The notes: generated by a model from the letters alone, not told the origin. 64,000 nucleotides of DNA from an uncultured Desulfobacterales bacterium (GCA_964407825.1 CAYOXD010000002.1:3248-67247); one strand, 5' to 3'. Counted from the first letter of the stretch, positions 36,039-47,461 are shown. A program made the numbers and translations.

Positions 36039-37502
36039 CTAGTCCCGCTTCACCTCACAGTCCCCCGGAACCATGGCGGGGTTGCCCTCGATGCGGATGG
36101 TGAGGTTGCGGCGGACCTCCAGATCCATGATATCCTTGCGCTTGCAGTTGAGCAGATAATCTGCCACCGCCGCGGGCACAATGCCCACCACCTGGGAGCC
36201 GCCGTCCTTGAGTGTTGCCAGACGCAGCTTTCTCAGAAAGCTCAGGGAGAGGGATTCCCTGGAGGCGATGATGCCCATGCCCCGGCAGTGGGGGCATGGC
36301 TCGTAGCTGCCGAACTCAATGGAGGGACGGATTCGCTGTCGGCTCATTTCCATGAGGCCGAACTGGGATATCCTTCCCACTTTGGTGCGGGCCTTGTCCT
36401 TTTTCAGATGGGTCTTCAATGCCCGTTCCACCTCCAGCTTGTGCTTGGTCTCCTTCATGTCGATCAGGTCGAGAACGATCAGTCCTCCTAGATCCCGCAA
36501 CCGTAGCTGCCGGGAGATTTCCTCCACCGCCTCCAGGTTGGTCTCAAGGGCGGTATGCTCGATGGATTTCTGGTGGGTCATTTTCCCTGAGTTGACGTCG
36601 ATGGCCACCAGGGCTTCGGTCTGCTCCACCACGATGGAGCCGCCGGATTTGAGTTTGACGCGTTGTTCATAGATGGAGGTGATCTGCTCCTCAAGTTGGT
36701 ATTTGCTGAAAATAGGCTTATCGCCCCGGTAAAGCTTGACGATGCGGGTGCTCTTGGGGGAAATGATATGGAGGAAATCCTTTACCTCTTTATATACATC
36801 CTCATTGTCGATGAGAATTTCCGTTACATCCGGTGTGAAATAGTCCCGGATCGAACGGACCGACAGATTCCGCTCCTTGTAGAGAGGGGCCGGGGCCGTT
36901 TCGGAGACCGCCTTTTCCTTGATGGTTTTCCAAAGCTTCAGTAGATCCTTCAGGTCCTTTGAAATCATGGCCTTTGAGCCGAGTATCCCGGCAGTTCTCA
37001 CAATGAGCCCATACTCTTCGGGCAGTTTCAGCTTGGCGACCATTTCCCTGAGCTTCTGACGCTCCTCCTCTCCTTCCAGCTTTCGGGTGATGCCCCGGTT
37101 CTTGCTGCCTGGCATGAGGACGATATACCGGCCCGCAAGGGAGATGTAGGTGGTCAGCATGGCACCCTTGGTGGCCACGGGATCCTTGGTCACCTGCACG
37201 AGGAGTTCCTGGCCTCGCTTGATCTTGTGTTTGATGCTCTTGTCGCCAGCCGGGTTTTCTTGAAAGTAATCGCTATGGATTTCATGCATTTGCAGAAAAC
37301 CGTGACGTTCCGCCCCATAGTCCACGAAGGCCGCCTGAAGGCTGGGTTCGATGCGCGATACCACGCCCTTGTAAATGTTGCCGTGAGTAATTTCCCGCTT
37401 GGCGCTCTCGATTTGGAAATCTTCCAGCTTGCTGTCCAGAACGTTGGCGATTCTGCATTCTTCCGCATCGACGGCATTGATGAGAATTTTTCTAATCGTC
37501 AT
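36039..37502 (-). CDS. rng: Ribonuclease E/G family protein (RNase G-like, 487 aa)
   Basis: Has the S1 domain GNIYKGVVSRIEPSLQAAFVDYG and the catalytic-core motifs AIDVNSG, GGLIVLDLIDM and CPHCRGMG. Confidence 0.85.
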   Translation of the reverse strand: MTIRKILINAVDAEECRIANVLDSKLEDFQIESAKREITHGNIYKGVVSRIEPSLQAAFVDYGAERHGFLQMHEIHSDYFQENPAGDKSIKHKIKRGQELLVQVTKDPVATKGAMLTTYISLAGRYIVLMPGSKNRGITRKLEGEEERQKLREMVAKLKLPEEYGLIVRTAGILGSKAMISKDLKDLLKLWKTIKEKAVSETAPAPLYKERNLSVRSIRDYFTPDVTEILIDNEDVYKEVKDFLHIISPKSTRIVKLYRGDKPIFSKYQLEEQITSIYEQRVKLKSGGSIVVEQTEALVAIDVNSGKMTHQKSIEHTALETNLEAVEEISRQLRLRDLGGLIVLDLIDMKETKHKLEVERALKTHLKKDKARTKVGRISQFGLMEMSRQRIRPSIEFGSYEPCPHCRGMGIIASRESLSLSFLRKLRLATLKDGGSQVVGIVPAAVADYLLNCKRKDIMDLEVRRNLTIRIEGNPAMVPGDCEVKRD

Positions 37503-37847
37503 ATGGTTTTTGTCCCTTATCCCTCCTTGCGATGATATCCGTTAATATGGCCTTCAAGAGGCTGGCTGCGCCCGCCACCTTGCCAAAGCATCGTCTTGAA
37601 GCTGTTGCGTCACAGGTGATGATAACCTTTTCTAATACTTTCTGTTTCCTGAATATGCAAGAGTTTCGCGCAAGTCAATCGATTTCTGACCAAAGATATT
37701 TGAATTTTCCGGTGTTCATGCTCCATGCCCCGGGTGTCTTGCTATTTGCATTTCATTGTGGCATGAGAGGCAGTCATGTGGTGCGGTGGTCAAGCCGCTG
37801 CGGCCTTCATTTGCAATGGAAGTTTTCCAGGGAGGGGAAGAGCACCG

Positions 37848-40439
37848 ATGGAAGAGAAATACGATCCGCCGCGCATTGAATCCAAATGGCAGGAATTCTG
37901 GAAGGATAATGCGCTTTTCAAGGTCCAGGCCGACTCAGACCGGCCGAAATACTATCTATTGGAGATGTTCCCTTATCCCTCTGGCAATATCCACATGGGC
38001 CACGTGCGCAATTACACCATCGGGGACGTAGTGGCGCGCTACAAACGGATGAAAGGATATAATGTCCTTCATCCCATGGGCTGGGACGCCTTCGGCATGC
38101 CCGCCGAGAACGCGGCTATCGCCAATGATACACACCCGGCAAGGTGGACCTACGATAATATTGCTAACATGCGAAGCCAATTGAAACGGCTAGGATTTTC
38201 CTACGATTGGGATCGGGAAATCGCCACCTGCCGTCCGGAGTATTACCGGTGGGAACAATGGCTCTTTCTCAAGATGTATGAAAAGGGCATGGCCTATCGA
38301 AAGGAATCCTACGTGAACTGGTGCGAGACCTGTCAGACCGTTCTGGCCAACGAACAGGTGGAAGCGGGCCTGTGCTGGCGGTGCAGTAAACAGGTCATCC
38401 AGAAGAAGCTCTGGCAGTGGTTTTTCCGGATTAGCGATTATGCCGAGGATCTTTTGGTGCATTGCGATCAGCTGCCCGGCTGGCCGGAAAAGGTCGTCAG
38501 CATGCAGAAAAACTGGATTGGCAAAAGCATCGGCACGGAGATCCAGTTTCAGGTGGAAGGGGGGGCGGAGCCGATCACCGTTTTCACCACCCGGCCGGAT
38601 ACAGTCTTCGGGGCCACCTTCATGTGTCTGGCCCCTGAGCATCCCCTGGTGCCGCAGCTGGCCGCCGGCACGGACCAGGCGCAGACGGTGGACGAATTCA
38701 TTCAGCGGATGTCCATGCAGGACAGGTCCACAAAGGCCGTGGATACCCATGAGAAGGAGGGGGTGTTCACCGGTGCTTATGCCATCAATCCCCTGAGCGG
38801 TCGGCGGATGCCCGTTTACACGGGAAATTTCGTTCTCATGGGTTACGGAACGGGCGCCATCATGTCCGTGCCAGCCCATGATCAGCGGGATTACGAGTTC
38901 GCCCGGAAATACGACCTCGATATTATTCCGGTGGTGCTGCCCAAGGGCGAGTCCCTGGATCCGTGCACCATGGATGCAGCCTTCATTGAGGCGGGCATCA
39001 TGGCCAACTCCGGCCGGTTCGACGGCATGGACAGCCGGGAAGCCCAGGAAGCAATTGCCAATCACCTGGAAGAACAGGGGGTTGGGAAGAAGACCGTCAG
39101 CTACCGACTGCGGGACTGGGGCATCTCCAGACAGCGTTACTGGGGAGCGCCCATTCCCATGATCCACTGTCCCCGTTGCGGAATCGTGCCGGTACCCGAG
39201 ACCGATCTGCCCATTGTGCTGCCGGAAGAGGCGGACCTCCTGCCCGGGGGCGGCTCTCCGCTTCGGGGCCATGACAGCTTCAGGCAGGTGACGTGCCCTG
39301 CCTGCGGCGCTGCAGACGCCTGCCGGGAAACCGATACCATGGACACCTTCGTCGAGTCCTCCTGGTACTTCGAGCGTTACTGCAGTCCCCGTTTCGACGC
39401 CGGGATGTTCGATCGCCGGGCCGTGGATTACTGGATGCCCGTTGATCAGTATATCGGGGGGGTGGAGCATGCCATTTTGCATCTTCTCTACGCCCGTTAT
39501 TTCACCCGGGTCCTCCATGAACTGGGGCTGGTGGGCATCAGGGAGCCCTTCTCCCGGCTGTTGACCCAGGGCATGGTCTGCAAGGAGACGGTTACCTGCC
39601 CCACCCACGGGTTCCTGTTTCCTTCCGATGCGGTGCCCGCCGGGGAGGGCAGAACCTGCGCCAAATGCGGCGCCGAGGCCATGGTTGGCCGTGTGGAAAA
39701 AATGAGCAAGTCCAAGAAGAACGTCATCGATCCCAACGCCCTGCTGGATCAATACGGTGCGGACACCACCCGACTGTTCTGCCTCTTTGCCGCCCCGCCC
39801 GAACGGGACCTTGAATGGAGTGAAAGCGGGGTGGAGGGAGCGCACCGCTTCTTGAACCGCATCTGGCGGCTTGCTCGGGCTTGGATGGACGGGCTGGCCG
39901 AGACGGCCGGATTTGCGGGCCCCCTGGACCAGCTCAGGGGACAAACACGGGAACTTCACCAGAAGACCCACGAGACCATCCGCAAGGTCGGTGGCGATAT
40001 CGAAGACCGGTTTCATCTGAACACGGCCATCAGTGCGGTAATGGAACTGGTAAACCTGATGCACGGCGTCAGTCCTTCTCAGGAGGAACCCCATGCCGCA
40101 GCGGTCTGCCGCAGTGCCCTGGAATCGGTGGTATTGCTTCTGGGGCCCTTTGTCCCCCACTTTTCAGAAGAAATCTGGCAGGCTTTGGGAAACGACACCA
40201 GTGTTCTTCAGGCCCCGTGGCCCGAGTACAGCAAGGAGGCCCTCGTAAAGGAGGACCTGTTGATCGTGGTGCAGGTGAATGGAAAGCTGCGTCACCGTTT
40301 TATCATTGCCGCCGAGGCCACGGAGGATGACATACGCCGGGTGGCACTGGCGGACCCGCATGTCCTAAAATTCATCGAGGGCAAGGCCATTCGAAAAGTG
40401 GTCGTAGTCAAGCGCAAGCTGGTGAACATCGTGGTGTAG
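37848..40439 (+). CDS. leuS: Leucine--tRNA ligase
   Basis: Has the HIGH-type motif [13 protein letters not shown] and the KMSKS motif [10 protein letters not shown]. The internal Met is preceded by GGAGGGGAAG. Confidence 0.93.
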   Translation: MEEKYDPPRIESKWQEFWKDNALFKVQADSDRPKYYLLEMFPYPSGNIHMGHVRNYTIGDVVARYKRMKGYNVLHPMGWDAFGMPAENAAIANDTHPARWTYDNIANMRSQLKRLGFSYDWDREIATCRPEYYRWEQWLFLKMYEKGMAYRKESYVNWCETCQTVLANEQVEAGLCWRCSKQVIQKKLWQWFFRISDYAEDLLVHCDQLPGWPEKVVSMQKNWIGKSIGTEIQFQVEGGAEPITVFTTRPDTVFGATFMCLAPEHPLVPQLAAGTDQAQTVDEFIQRMSMQDRSTKAVDTHEKEGVFTGAYAINPLSGRRMPVYTGNFVLMGYGTGAIMSVPAHDQRDYEFARKYDLDIIPVVLPKGESLDPCTMDAAFIEAGIMANSGRFDGMDSREAQEAIANHLEEQGVGKKTVSYRLRDWGISRQRYWGAPIPMIHCPRCGIVPVPETDLPIVLPEEADLLPGGGSPLRGHDSFRQVTCPACGAADACRETDTMDTFVESSWYFERYCSPRFDAGMFDRRAVDYWMPVDQYIGGVEHAILHLLYARYFTRVLHELGLVGIREPFSRLLTQGMVCKETVTCPTHGFLFPSDAVPAGEGRTCAKCGAEAMVGRVEKMSKSKKNVIDPNALLDQYGADTTRLFCLFAAPPERDLEWSESGVEGAHRFLNRIWRLARAWMDGLAETAGFAGPLDQLRGQTRELHQKTHETIRKVGGDIEDRFHLNTAISAVMELVNLMHGVSPSQEEPHAAAVCRSALESVVLLLGPFVPHFSEEIWQALGNDTSVLQAPWPEYSKEALVKEDLLIVVQVNGKLRHRFIIAAEATEDDIRRVALADPHVLKFIEGKAIRKVVVVKRKLVNIVV

Positions 40440-40464
40440 ATGCAGCCGTCAGGAGATCTCACAG

Positions 40465-40980
40465 GTGAACAAAAAGATGCCAGGAAAAAGAGTCTGGGTG
40501 GGGTGGTTATTGATCGTGGTCCTCTCCGCATGCGGGTACCGGTTTTCCGGCTCCGGCGAATTACCGAACAACGTGCGTCATGTCTATGTGACCATGCTGA
40601 AAAACCATACAAGCGAAACCGGTGTGGAAAGCGTCGTTACCAACGATCTGATCTATGAATTCAGCCGTGCCGGCACGCTCGCCCGGAACATGGGCAGCGC
40701 CGACGCCCGGTTGACCGGTGACATCGGGGGGCTCCGCCGGGAGACCATATCCCGCATTGGAATAAACACCTCCCAGGAACGCCGCGTCACCCTGACCCTT
40801 TCCCTCCGGTTGTTGGACCTCAACGGAAATACGATATGGGCCACCAGCATGTCCGATAACGAACCGTATCTTGTCGAAGTGGATAAGGAGACCACCGAGA
40901 ACAATATGCGCAGGGCGATCGAAGTCCTCTCCAAGCGTCTGGCGCAAAAGGTATACTATCGGCTTGCCGATCGGTTTTGA
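40465..40980 (+). CDS. lptE: LPS-assembly lipoprotein LptE
   Basis: Has the lipobox LSACGY and an RlpB/LptE-like sequence. It sits immediately after leuS, the conserved position. Confidence 0.7.
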   Translation: MNKKMPGKRVWVGWLLIVVLSACGYRFSGSGELPNNVRHVYVTMLKNHTSETGVESVVTNDLIYEFSRAGTLARNMGSADARLTGDIGGLRRETISRIGINTSQERRVTLTLSLRLLDLNGNTIWATSMSDNEPYLVEVDKETTENNMRRAIEVLSKRLAQKVYYRLADRF

Positions 40981-41018
40981 GGATCGCCGGGATAGCCGTC
41001 TATCCCGGCGAATCCGGA

Positions 41019-41285
41019 TCAGGCGGGTACGGCATTGACCAGCTTGGCCAGCCGGGAGATCTTTCTTGCGGCGGTTCTTTTGTGCATGGCCTTTCCCTTG
41101 GATGCCCTGTCGATGATGGATTGCACCTCCTGGAGCTGGGTGGAAAGATCCGCTGCCGGTGTCTCAGCGGCCGCACCGCGCAGCCCCTTAACGGCATTCT
41201 TGACTCTCGTTTTTACCACCTTGTTGCGGATTCGCTTGGTTTCGTTCTGTTTGGCACGTTTCAGCGCCGACTTATGATTGGCCAA
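41019..41285 (-). CDS. rpsT: 30S ribosomal protein S20
   Basis: Begins MANHKSALKRAKQNETKRIRN. Confidence 0.92.
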   Translation of the reverse strand: MANHKSALKRAKQNETKRIRNKVVKTRVKNAVKGLRGAAAETPAADLSTQLQEVQSIIDRASKGKAMHKRTAARKISRLAKLVNAVPA

Positions 41286-41311
41286 GGTCTCGTACTCCTT
41301 TCGAAATTGAG

Positions 41312-42922
41312 ATGGATAATTTAAATTATCTTACATACCCAATGAACGATGATCTGTCAAGAGATTTCCAGGAACATACCAACACCCGGGTGACCAAGAC
41401 CGCCGGCCTGGTGGGAGGCATCACTGTTTGCAGCAGGGTTCTCGGTTATCTGCGGGATATGATGCTTGCCTGGTTTTTTGGCGCCGGGTTCTTCGCGGAT
41501 ATATTCATCGCCGCGTTCCGGATTCCCAATCTCTGCAGGCGGCTCTTCAGCGAGGGGGCCTTCAGCATGGCCTTCATCCCGGTGTTTTCGCGATACCTGG
41601 AGCAGAATGGTCCCGCCGAGGCCTATGGCTTCGCGGGCAGCGCCTTTCGTTTCACAGCCATTTTCCTGGGCGTCACGGTGCTGGCAGGCCTCCTCGGAGC
41701 CCCCCTGGTGACAGGCGCTCTGGCTCCGGGATTCATGGATCACCCCGGAAAATTCGAGCAGGCCGTTCGTCTGGTTCGGATCATGCTGCCCTATGTGTAC
41801 TGCATCGGCCTTGCCGGAGTCTGCATGGGCGTGCTCAATGTGCTGGGCCATTTCGCGGCGCCCGCCCTGGCGCCGGTCCTGTTGAACCTGACCATGATTG
41901 CAGCGATGGTGGGGGTATCGCAATTGTCCTCCCATTCGTCGGTACGGGTGACCGGCTTGGCCCTTGGGGTCGTGGCTGGCGGCGGTCTACAGCTGGCGCT
42001 TCAATTGTGGGTGCTGATGAAAAGAGGCGTTCCGCTGCTGAGAGGCGGTGGCATTTTCCACCCCGGAATCAGACAGGTGGGCGCCATGATGGCGCCTACC
42101 CTGTTTGGTGCCTCGGTATTTCAAATCAATGTACTCTTGGATACCTTGCTGGCTTCACTTCTCGCTGAGGGGGCCATTTCCTATCTCTACTTCGCCGACC
42201 GGCTGGTTCAGTTTCCCCTCGGGGTTTTCGCCGTATCCATTGCAACAGCCGTATATCCCACCATGGCCCGGCAGGCGGCAAGGCATGACATTTCCGCGCT
42301 TTATGACACCCTGAACCATGGCCTGAAGCTCTCCTTCTTCATGGCTCTCCCCAGCATGGCGGGACTGATCCTGCTTCGGGATCCCATCGTGGCGATGCTT
42401 TTCCAAAGAGGCGCCTTCGACGTTCACACGACCCGATTGACGGCCTCCGCGCTTTTATACTATGGTATCGGCATATGGGCCTTTTCGGCCATTCGCGTTA
42501 CCCTGCCGGTTCTCTACGCCCTTGGCGATGTTCGGGCACCGGTAATGGCAGGTCTGACCGCCATTGCAGTCCATCTGCTGATGGGGCTTTTGCTGATGCG
42601 TCTCATGGGGTTCTCCGGCCTGGCCCTGGCGACAACCCTGGCCTCCGTCCTGAACCTGTGGTTACTGCTGCGGGTGCTCCACTCTCGGCTCGGCCGGCGG
42701 GGAACCGGTGCGGTTGGGCGGTCTGCGATACGCTCCCTATTCTGCGCTGCCGCCATGGGTGTGGTAATCTGGATGATGGCACCTGCGGGTAGCGCGGATG
42801 CCGCCATGACCGTCCTGAGGGTGGGCGCTTGTGTTCTGACAGGTCTGTTGGTATATACACTTCTGTCATATGCAGTGAACCGTGAGACGCTCCTTCGGGC
42901 GGTGGCGGTTTTCAGGAGATGA
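41312..42922 (+). CDS. murJ: Lipid II flippase MurJ (MviN)
   Basis: Contains SRVLGYLRDMMLAWFFGAG...ADIFIAAFRIPNLCRRLF and about 14 TM helices. It is divergent from rpsT. The start could instead be at 41342. Confidence 0.88.
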   Translation: MDNLNYLTYPMNDDLSRDFQEHTNTRVTKTAGLVGGITVCSRVLGYLRDMMLAWFFGAGFFADIFIAAFRIPNLCRRLFSEGAFSMAFIPVFSRYLEQNGPAEAYGFAGSAFRFTAIFLGVTVLAGLLGAPLVTGALAPGFMDHPGKFEQAVRLVRIMLPYVYCIGLAGVCMGVLNVLGHFAAPALAPVLLNLTMIAAMVGVSQLSSHSSVRVTGLALGVVAGGGLQLALQLWVLMKRGVPLLRGGGIFHPGIRQVGAMMAPTLFGASVFQINVLLDTLLASLLAEGAISYLYFADRLVQFPLGVFAVSIATAVYPTMARQAARHDISALYDTLNHGLKLSFFMALPSMAGLILLRDPIVAMLFQRGAFDVHTTRLTASALLYYGIGIWAFSAIRVTLPVLYALGDVRAPVMAGLTAIAVHLLMGLLLMRLMGFSGLALATTLASVLNLWLLLRVLHSRLGRRGTGAVGRSAIRSLFCAAAMGVVIWMMAPAGSADAAMTVLRVGACVLTGLLVYTLLSYAVNRETLLRAVAVFRR

Positions 42923-43266
42923 ATGCCAAGCGGCGCCGGCGGTGCGCAGAAGGACATGACGTTTCGATGAGTGCTAAGCAAAAATGGCTTCTGGGAATGG
43001 CCGCTCTGGGAATTATCATCATGTCCATCAATATGATCTGCGGTGAAAACGGCATCTTGGACCTGCTTCACGTACGGCGGGACCATGCCCTTCTGGTCAG
43101 GAACAATCAGGCGATTCGGGAAGAAAACAGAACCCTTTCAAGGGAGATCGACCGGCTCAACAACGATCCCCAGTACCTGGAAGAGGTGGTGAAAAAGGAA
43201 TCCAAGATGGTCCGACCGGGAGAGATTGTGGTTCACTTGAAAGACAAAAGAAAGGCAATCCCATGA
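42919..43266 (+). CDS. ftsB: Septum formation initiator (FtsB/DivIC family)
   Basis: Has one TM segment plus the coiled coil ENGILDLLHVRRDHALLVRNNQAIREENRTLSREIDRLNNDPQYLEEVVKKE. The start overlaps the murJ stop as ATGA. The start could instead be at 42967. Confidence 0.7.
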   Translation: MNAKRRRRCAEGHDVSMSAKQKWLLGMAALGIIIMSINMICGENGILDLLHVRRDHALLVRNNQAIREENRTLSREIDRLNNDPQYLEEVVKKESKMVRPGEIVVHLKDKRKAIP

Positions 43267-43547
43267 AAGAACCATCGGATCCCACGACACCCAGCCTTGC
43301 CCGGGTCTATGCGGACCAGGGACATCTGCAGAAAGCTGCCCTCATATACCAGCGCCTCATGGAGGCGGCTCCCGAGTGCCGGGAATACGCAAGCGCCCTT
43401 GAGACGATTGAAAACCAACTGTCCCGGGAGCCTGGCATGGAAGAGGAAGCGGTATTGGCTAAACGCCTTTGCACATGGATTGAGCTGGCGCTGGGCGTTG
43501 AGAGCATTGAACGGTTGCGAACGATTCACTCGGCACGAAAAGCCTGA
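43263..43547 (+). CDS. Hypothetical protein with one TPR-like helix pair
   Basis: The start overlaps the ftsB stop as ATGA. LARVYADQGHLQKAALIYQRLMEAAPE is TPR-like. Confidence 0.4.
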   Translation: MKEPSDPTTPSLARVYADQGHLQKAALIYQRLMEAAPECREYASALETIENQLSREPGMEEEAVLAKRLCTWIELALGVESIERLRTIHSARKA

Positions 43548-43623
43548 CCGTTGATTTGTACGGGCTAACCTTGCATAGGTCATCTGAAATTCTAAATACA
43601 AACCATATGATGGAGGTCTCCAG

Positions 43624-44103
43624 ATGAAAGGAACACGCGCTTCTAAAGGTATTCTTTCGGGAATTCTGCTCTTTATGGGAATCTTTTTCCTGGCCGGATG
43701 CGCCAGTATGGGCTCCAAATCTCCGCAGACCCCGGCAGGCGACGCCCTGAGCGAACAACAGAATGCTCCCCAATATCTTGACTTTGGCGATGTGTTGCTC
43801 CCCAAAGAGCTTTCGATCCAGCAGGACGACTCCTTTGTTTTCAAGACCAACGGCCAGACCGTCGGTCTCCTTTCCCTGAAGGGACGGGTGGATATGAACA
43901 GCCTCATCTCCTTCTTCGAAAACAACATGGGCAAGGACAACTGGCGTCTGATCAGCTATTTTAAATCCAAGCGAACCCTCATGTTATTCCAAAAGCAGGA
44001 GCGCTGGTGCGTCATCTCCATTTTGGACCAGGATTTCTACACCTATGCAAAGATATGGGTCACCCCGAGCGTTGGCGGAAAGCCCATGGAAATGGTGAAG
44101 TAA
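43624..44103 (+). CDS. Hypothetical lipoprotein
   Basis: A signal peptide ends in the lipobox FLAGCAS. I do not recognise a family. Confidence 0.5.
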   Translation: MKGTRASKGILSGILLFMGIFFLAGCASMGSKSPQTPAGDALSEQQNAPQYLDFGDVLLPKELSIQQDDSFVFKTNGQTVGLLSLKGRVDMNSLISFFENNMGKDNWRLISYFKSKRTLMLFQKQERWCVISILDQDFYTYAKIWVTPSVGGKPMEMVK

Positions 44104-44137
44104 GGGATTCGCAACAAGGGTATCGTCATCCGGGATT

Positions 44138-45361
44138 ATGGCTTTATCAGTATTAAATAAAAAACACCTCGTTCTGGGCGTCTCTGGAGGAATCGCCGCT
44201 TACAAGGCCTGCGAGCTGCTGAGACTGCTCCAGAAACAGGGAGCCCAGGTGCAAGTGATGATGACCCGCAACGCGGAGCGCTTTGTGGGCCCGACGACCT
44301 TTGAAGCCCTGTCTGGCCAGCCTGTGTGCACAAATCTTTTCGATGGGAGTGCAGGCAGCGCCATCGGTCATATCGACTGGGCGGAAAAGGCCGATGCCGT
44401 GGTGATCGCACCGGCCACCGCCAATATCATCGGAAAGCTTGCAAACGGCATTGCCGACGATGCCCTGAGCACCTTCCTTGTGGCAGTGAGGGCACCCCTT
44501 ATCCTGTGCCCTGCCATGAATCCGCATATGTTCGAGAGTCCCGCCGTTCAGCGCAATCTGGAGTCCTTGCGCTCGGACGGCCGGTTTGTTATCGATCCGG
44601 TGACAGGCGAAATGGCCTGCGGCACCACGGGCGCCGGCCGCCTTCCGGAACCTGGGGATATTTTGGATCGGATATGCGCCTGCCTTTCCCCCAAGGACTT
44701 GAGGGGAAAGCGCGTGCTGATCTCCGCAGGCCCCACCCGGGAGGCAATCGACCCGGTCCGGTTCATCAGCAACCCCTCCACAGGCAAAATGGGCTACGCC
44801 ATCGCCAGGGCCGCCGAGCATCGTGGCGCACAGGTAATCCTAGTGGCGGGCCCCACTGACCTGCCGGACCCCCAGCAGGTGTGCACCGTGCATGTGACCA
44901 CCGCCCGGGAGATGGCGGAAGCCGTTTTTTCCCATATGCAGGACTGCGACATCATTATCAAATCCGCAGCAGTGTCCGACTATAGGCCCCTTGCTCCAGA
45001 GTCCCATAAGATCAAGAAGCAGGAGGCAAAGGTGACCCTTGCCCTGGAAAGAACCGAGGATATTCTCCTTACCCTGGGCGGTCGCAAGGGATGCCGGATG
45101 CTCGTGGGCTTTGCCGCGGAAACCCGGGACCTGGAGATCCATGCCAGGGAAAAGCTCCAGAAGAAGAACCTCGACATGCTCGTGGGTAACCTGATAGGAC
45201 AACCGGGATCCGGCTTTGCGGGTGACACCAATCGGGTGTGCCTTTTCTTCAGGGACGGGACCCAGGAGCATCTGCCGGTAATGAGCAAGGATGCGGTGGC
45301 GGATCTGCTGCTGGACAAGATCCGCCAGCGAATGACCGGGCCCGCAGAGGCTGATGTGTAA
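44138..45361 (+). CDS. coaBC: Bifunctional phosphopantothenoylcysteine decarboxylase / phosphopantothenate--cysteine ligase
   Basis: Has the flavoprotein N-terminal domain (LGVSGGIAAYKA, PAMNPHMF) and the C-terminal CoaB domain (ISAGPTREAIDPVRFISNPSTGKMG). Confidence 0.92.
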   Translation: MALSVLNKKHLVLGVSGGIAAYKACELLRLLQKQGAQVQVMMTRNAERFVGPTTFEALSGQPVCTNLFDGSAGSAIGHIDWAEKADAVVIAPATANIIGKLANGIADDALSTFLVAVRAPLILCPAMNPHMFESPAVQRNLESLRSDGRFVIDPVTGEMACGTTGAGRLPEPGDILDRICACLSPKDLRGKRVLISAGPTREAIDPVRFISNPSTGKMGYAIARAAEHRGAQVILVAGPTDLPDPQQVCTVHVTTAREMAEAVFSHMQDCDIIIKSAAVSDYRPLAPESHKIKKQEAKVTLALERTEDILLTLGGRKGCRMLVGFAAETRDLEIHAREKLQKKNLDMLVGNLIGQPGSGFAGDTNRVCLFFRDGTQEHLPVMSKDAVADLLLDKIRQRMTGPAEADV

Positions 45362-46130
45362 GCCTCTGCGCCACTGCCTTTTGCCCTTCGGGACAGAGGA
45401 GGCCACCTTGGAGGCACCCATGGGCATTGCCCCCCTTTACACACTTCTGGACAATATCGAGCATAGTCTTCGTCGCATGGCAGAGGCCGGACGCACCGGA
45501 TTCGATGTTTCAGAAGATACCCTGGCGATCATAGACGGCTGGGGAAGCGGACCTCCCCAGAAATCCCGCGAAACGCTTTCCGAACTTGCCGCGGAGCTGA
45601 AAGACTGCCGGCGCTGCCGGCTCCACAGGGAGCGAGAGCATCTCGTCTTCGGCGAAGGAGCGCCTCATCCGCGGCTGGTCTTCGTCGGGGAGGGCCCGGG
45701 ATTCGAGGAGGACCGGCAGGGACGGCCCTTCGTCGGCCCTGCCGGCGCACTGCTGACCCGGATTATCCGGGCCATGGGACTCGCCCGGGATCAGGTCTAT
45801 ATCTGCAACGTTGTGAAATGCCGACCGCCGGAGAACCGGACGCCCCAGGGGGATGAGATCGACGCGTGCGGTCCCTTTCTGCGACGCCAGCTGCTGGCTC
45901 TCGAGCCGGCATGCATCTGCGCTCTAGGGGCTGTGGCCGCCCAGTTCCTTACGGGGACCCGAAGGGGTATATCCGAGCTTCGCGGCCGATTCTTCGATTA
46001 TCACGGGATTCCTGTCATGCCCACCTTTCATCCGGCCTATCTGCTTCGGAACCCGGAGCGCAAGCGGGCGGTATGGGAGGATATACAGCAGATTATGGGC
46101 CGGCTCGGTCTCGAGGGGAGGGCCCAGTGA
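45354..46130 (+). CDS. Uracil-DNA glycosylase, family 4
   Basis: Contains CRRCRLH, GEGPGFEEDRQGRPFVGPAG and HPAYLLRNP. The start could instead be the Met at 45420. Confidence 0.85.
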   Translation: MCKPLRHCLLPFGTEEATLEAPMGIAPLYTLLDNIEHSLRRMAEAGRTGFDVSEDTLAIIDGWGSGPPQKSRETLSELAAELKDCRRCRLHREREHLVFGEGAPHPRLVFVGEGPGFEEDRQGRPFVGPAGALLTRIIRAMGLARDQVYICNVVKCRPPENRTPQGDEIDACGPFLRRQLLALEPACICALGAVAAQFLTGTRRGISELRGRFFDYHGIPVMPTFHPAYLLRNPERKRAVWEDIQQIMGRLGLEGRAQ

Positions 46131-47461
46131 AAAAGTCGTATTTCTGCCTGATCCTGATATTGCTTCTGTGGGTGTTTGCAGGGTCTGCCGCAGGCAAGAC
46201 GGGCGCTATCGATGTCATGAAGATCTCCGGATCCATCAACCCGGGGGTGGCCGATTTTCTTAAGAGCACCGTTGACCAGGCGACTTCCCATCATGCCGCA
46301 TGTCTCATTATCGAGCTGGATACCCCTGGCGGACTGGCGGAATCCATGCGACAGATGGTCCAGACGATTCTGGCGAGCCCCGTTCCCGTCGTGGTATACG
46401 TGTCGCCCGCCGGCGCACGGGCTGCATCGGCAGGGGTGATGATCACCATGGCCGCCGATATTGCCGCCATGGCCCCCGGGACCAATATCGGTGCGGCCCA
46501 TCCGGTGAACACCGGCGGTAAGAATATTGAATCGACCCTCAATGAAAAGATAACCAACGACATGGTGGCCCAGGCCAGGAGCGTCGCCGAAAGACGGGGG
46601 CGCAACGCCGACTGGGTGGAAAAGGCGATCCGAAAGAGCGTATCCGTGACCGAAGTCCAGGCCGTTCGGGAACACATCGTGGACCTGGTGGCCACCGATC
46701 TCCAGGACCTTATCCACAAGATCGACGGACGGAAAATCGAAGGCAAGGGCACGCTCCATCTGGCGGGAGCCGCCATCGTTCCGGTGCGCGAGGGCTTTCG
46801 CACCAAGATCCTTAAGACCATCAGCGACCCCAATATCGCTTACATCCTCATGATGATCGGGATGGCCGGACTTTTTTTCGAGCTGGCCAGTCCGGGTGTC
46901 ATTCTCCCAGGGGTGGTGGGGGCGATGGCGATGATTCTGTCCTTCTTCGCTTTCCAGACGCTTTCGGTCAACTATGCCGGGATCCTGCTGATACTTCTGG
47001 CCCTGGTGTTCTTTGTCCTCGAGCTCAAGGTGACCAGCTACGGAATGCTCACGGTTGCGGGCGTCATCTGCCTTCTGCTCGGTTCCGTCATGCTCTTCAA
47101 TCGGGGGGAAACCGGCGGCCCGCACCTGTCCACATCGGTTCTTGTCACCTCGGTCATTATGGTAACGGGATTTTTTGTGCTGGTGGGCTTGCTCGTTGTG
47201 CGGTCCCAGGTGGCACAGAGCCGGACCGGTGCAGAGGGGCTGGTGGGGGAGATCGGTGTTGTCAAAATCCCCCTGACCCCCAAGGGGAAGGTCTTCGTTC
47301 ACGGCGAGCTGTGGCATGCCACGGCAGCCCTTCCGTTGGAAGTCGGGACCCGGGTCCGCGTCACGCAGGTGATGAGTCTTCTTCTGGAGGTGGAGCCGGT
47401 GGAACCCGATGCGCCCAGGCAAGCTCCCGGGGCGTCCGGCGATAAGCAATTGCACACCTAA
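46127..47461 (+). CDS. NfeD-family membrane-bound ClpP-class serine protease
   Basis: The GTG start overlaps the udg stop as GTGA. It has a signal peptide, a ClpP-like domain (IELDTPGGL...), several TM helices and a C-terminal OB-fold ([13 protein letters not shown]). Confidence 0.8.
   Translation: MKKSYFCLILILLLWVFAGSAAGKTGAIDVMKISGSINPGVADFLKSTVDQATSHHAACLIIELDTPGGLAESMRQMVQTILASPVPVVVYVSPAGARAASAGVMITMAADIAAMAPGTNIGAAHPVNTGGKNIESTLNEKITNDMVAQARSVAERRGRNADWVEKAIRKSVSVTEVQAVREHIVDLVATDLQDLIHKIDGRKIEGKGTLHLAGAAIVPVREGFRTKILKTISDPNIAYILMMIGMAGLFFELASPGVILPGVVGAMAMILSFFAFQTLSVNYAGILLILLALVFFVLELKVTSYGMLTVAGVICLLLGSVMLFNRGETGGPHLSTSVLVTSVIMVTGFFVLVGLLVVRSQVAQSRTGAEGLVGEIGVVKIPLTPKGKVFVHGELWHATAALPLEVGTRVRVTQVMSLLLEVEPVEPDAPRQAPGASGDKQLHT

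Noticed and set aside
38190-40160. A 656-aa ORF antisense to leuS. Similar long shadow ORFs include 18441-19733, 22970-24046, 46037-47455, 49133-50212, 51471-52511, 53321-54529 and 20299-21045.
   Set aside because: These ORFs lie opposite genes with unambiguous conserved motifs. Their translations are low-complexity and Arg/Gly/Pro/His-rich, as expected for stop-poor antisense frames in GC-rich DNA. No recognisable domains are present.
45866-46126. The long N-terminal extension of the NfeD ORF, and likewise the extensions of the ORFs starting at 46, 986, 23195, 37776, 47409, 53482, 53859, 55654 and 59642.
   Set aside because: These extensions overlap the preceding well-supported gene or lack homology-like sequence. 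Internal starts give canonical N-termini, signal peptides or Shine-Dalgarno sites, so the shorter models were used.
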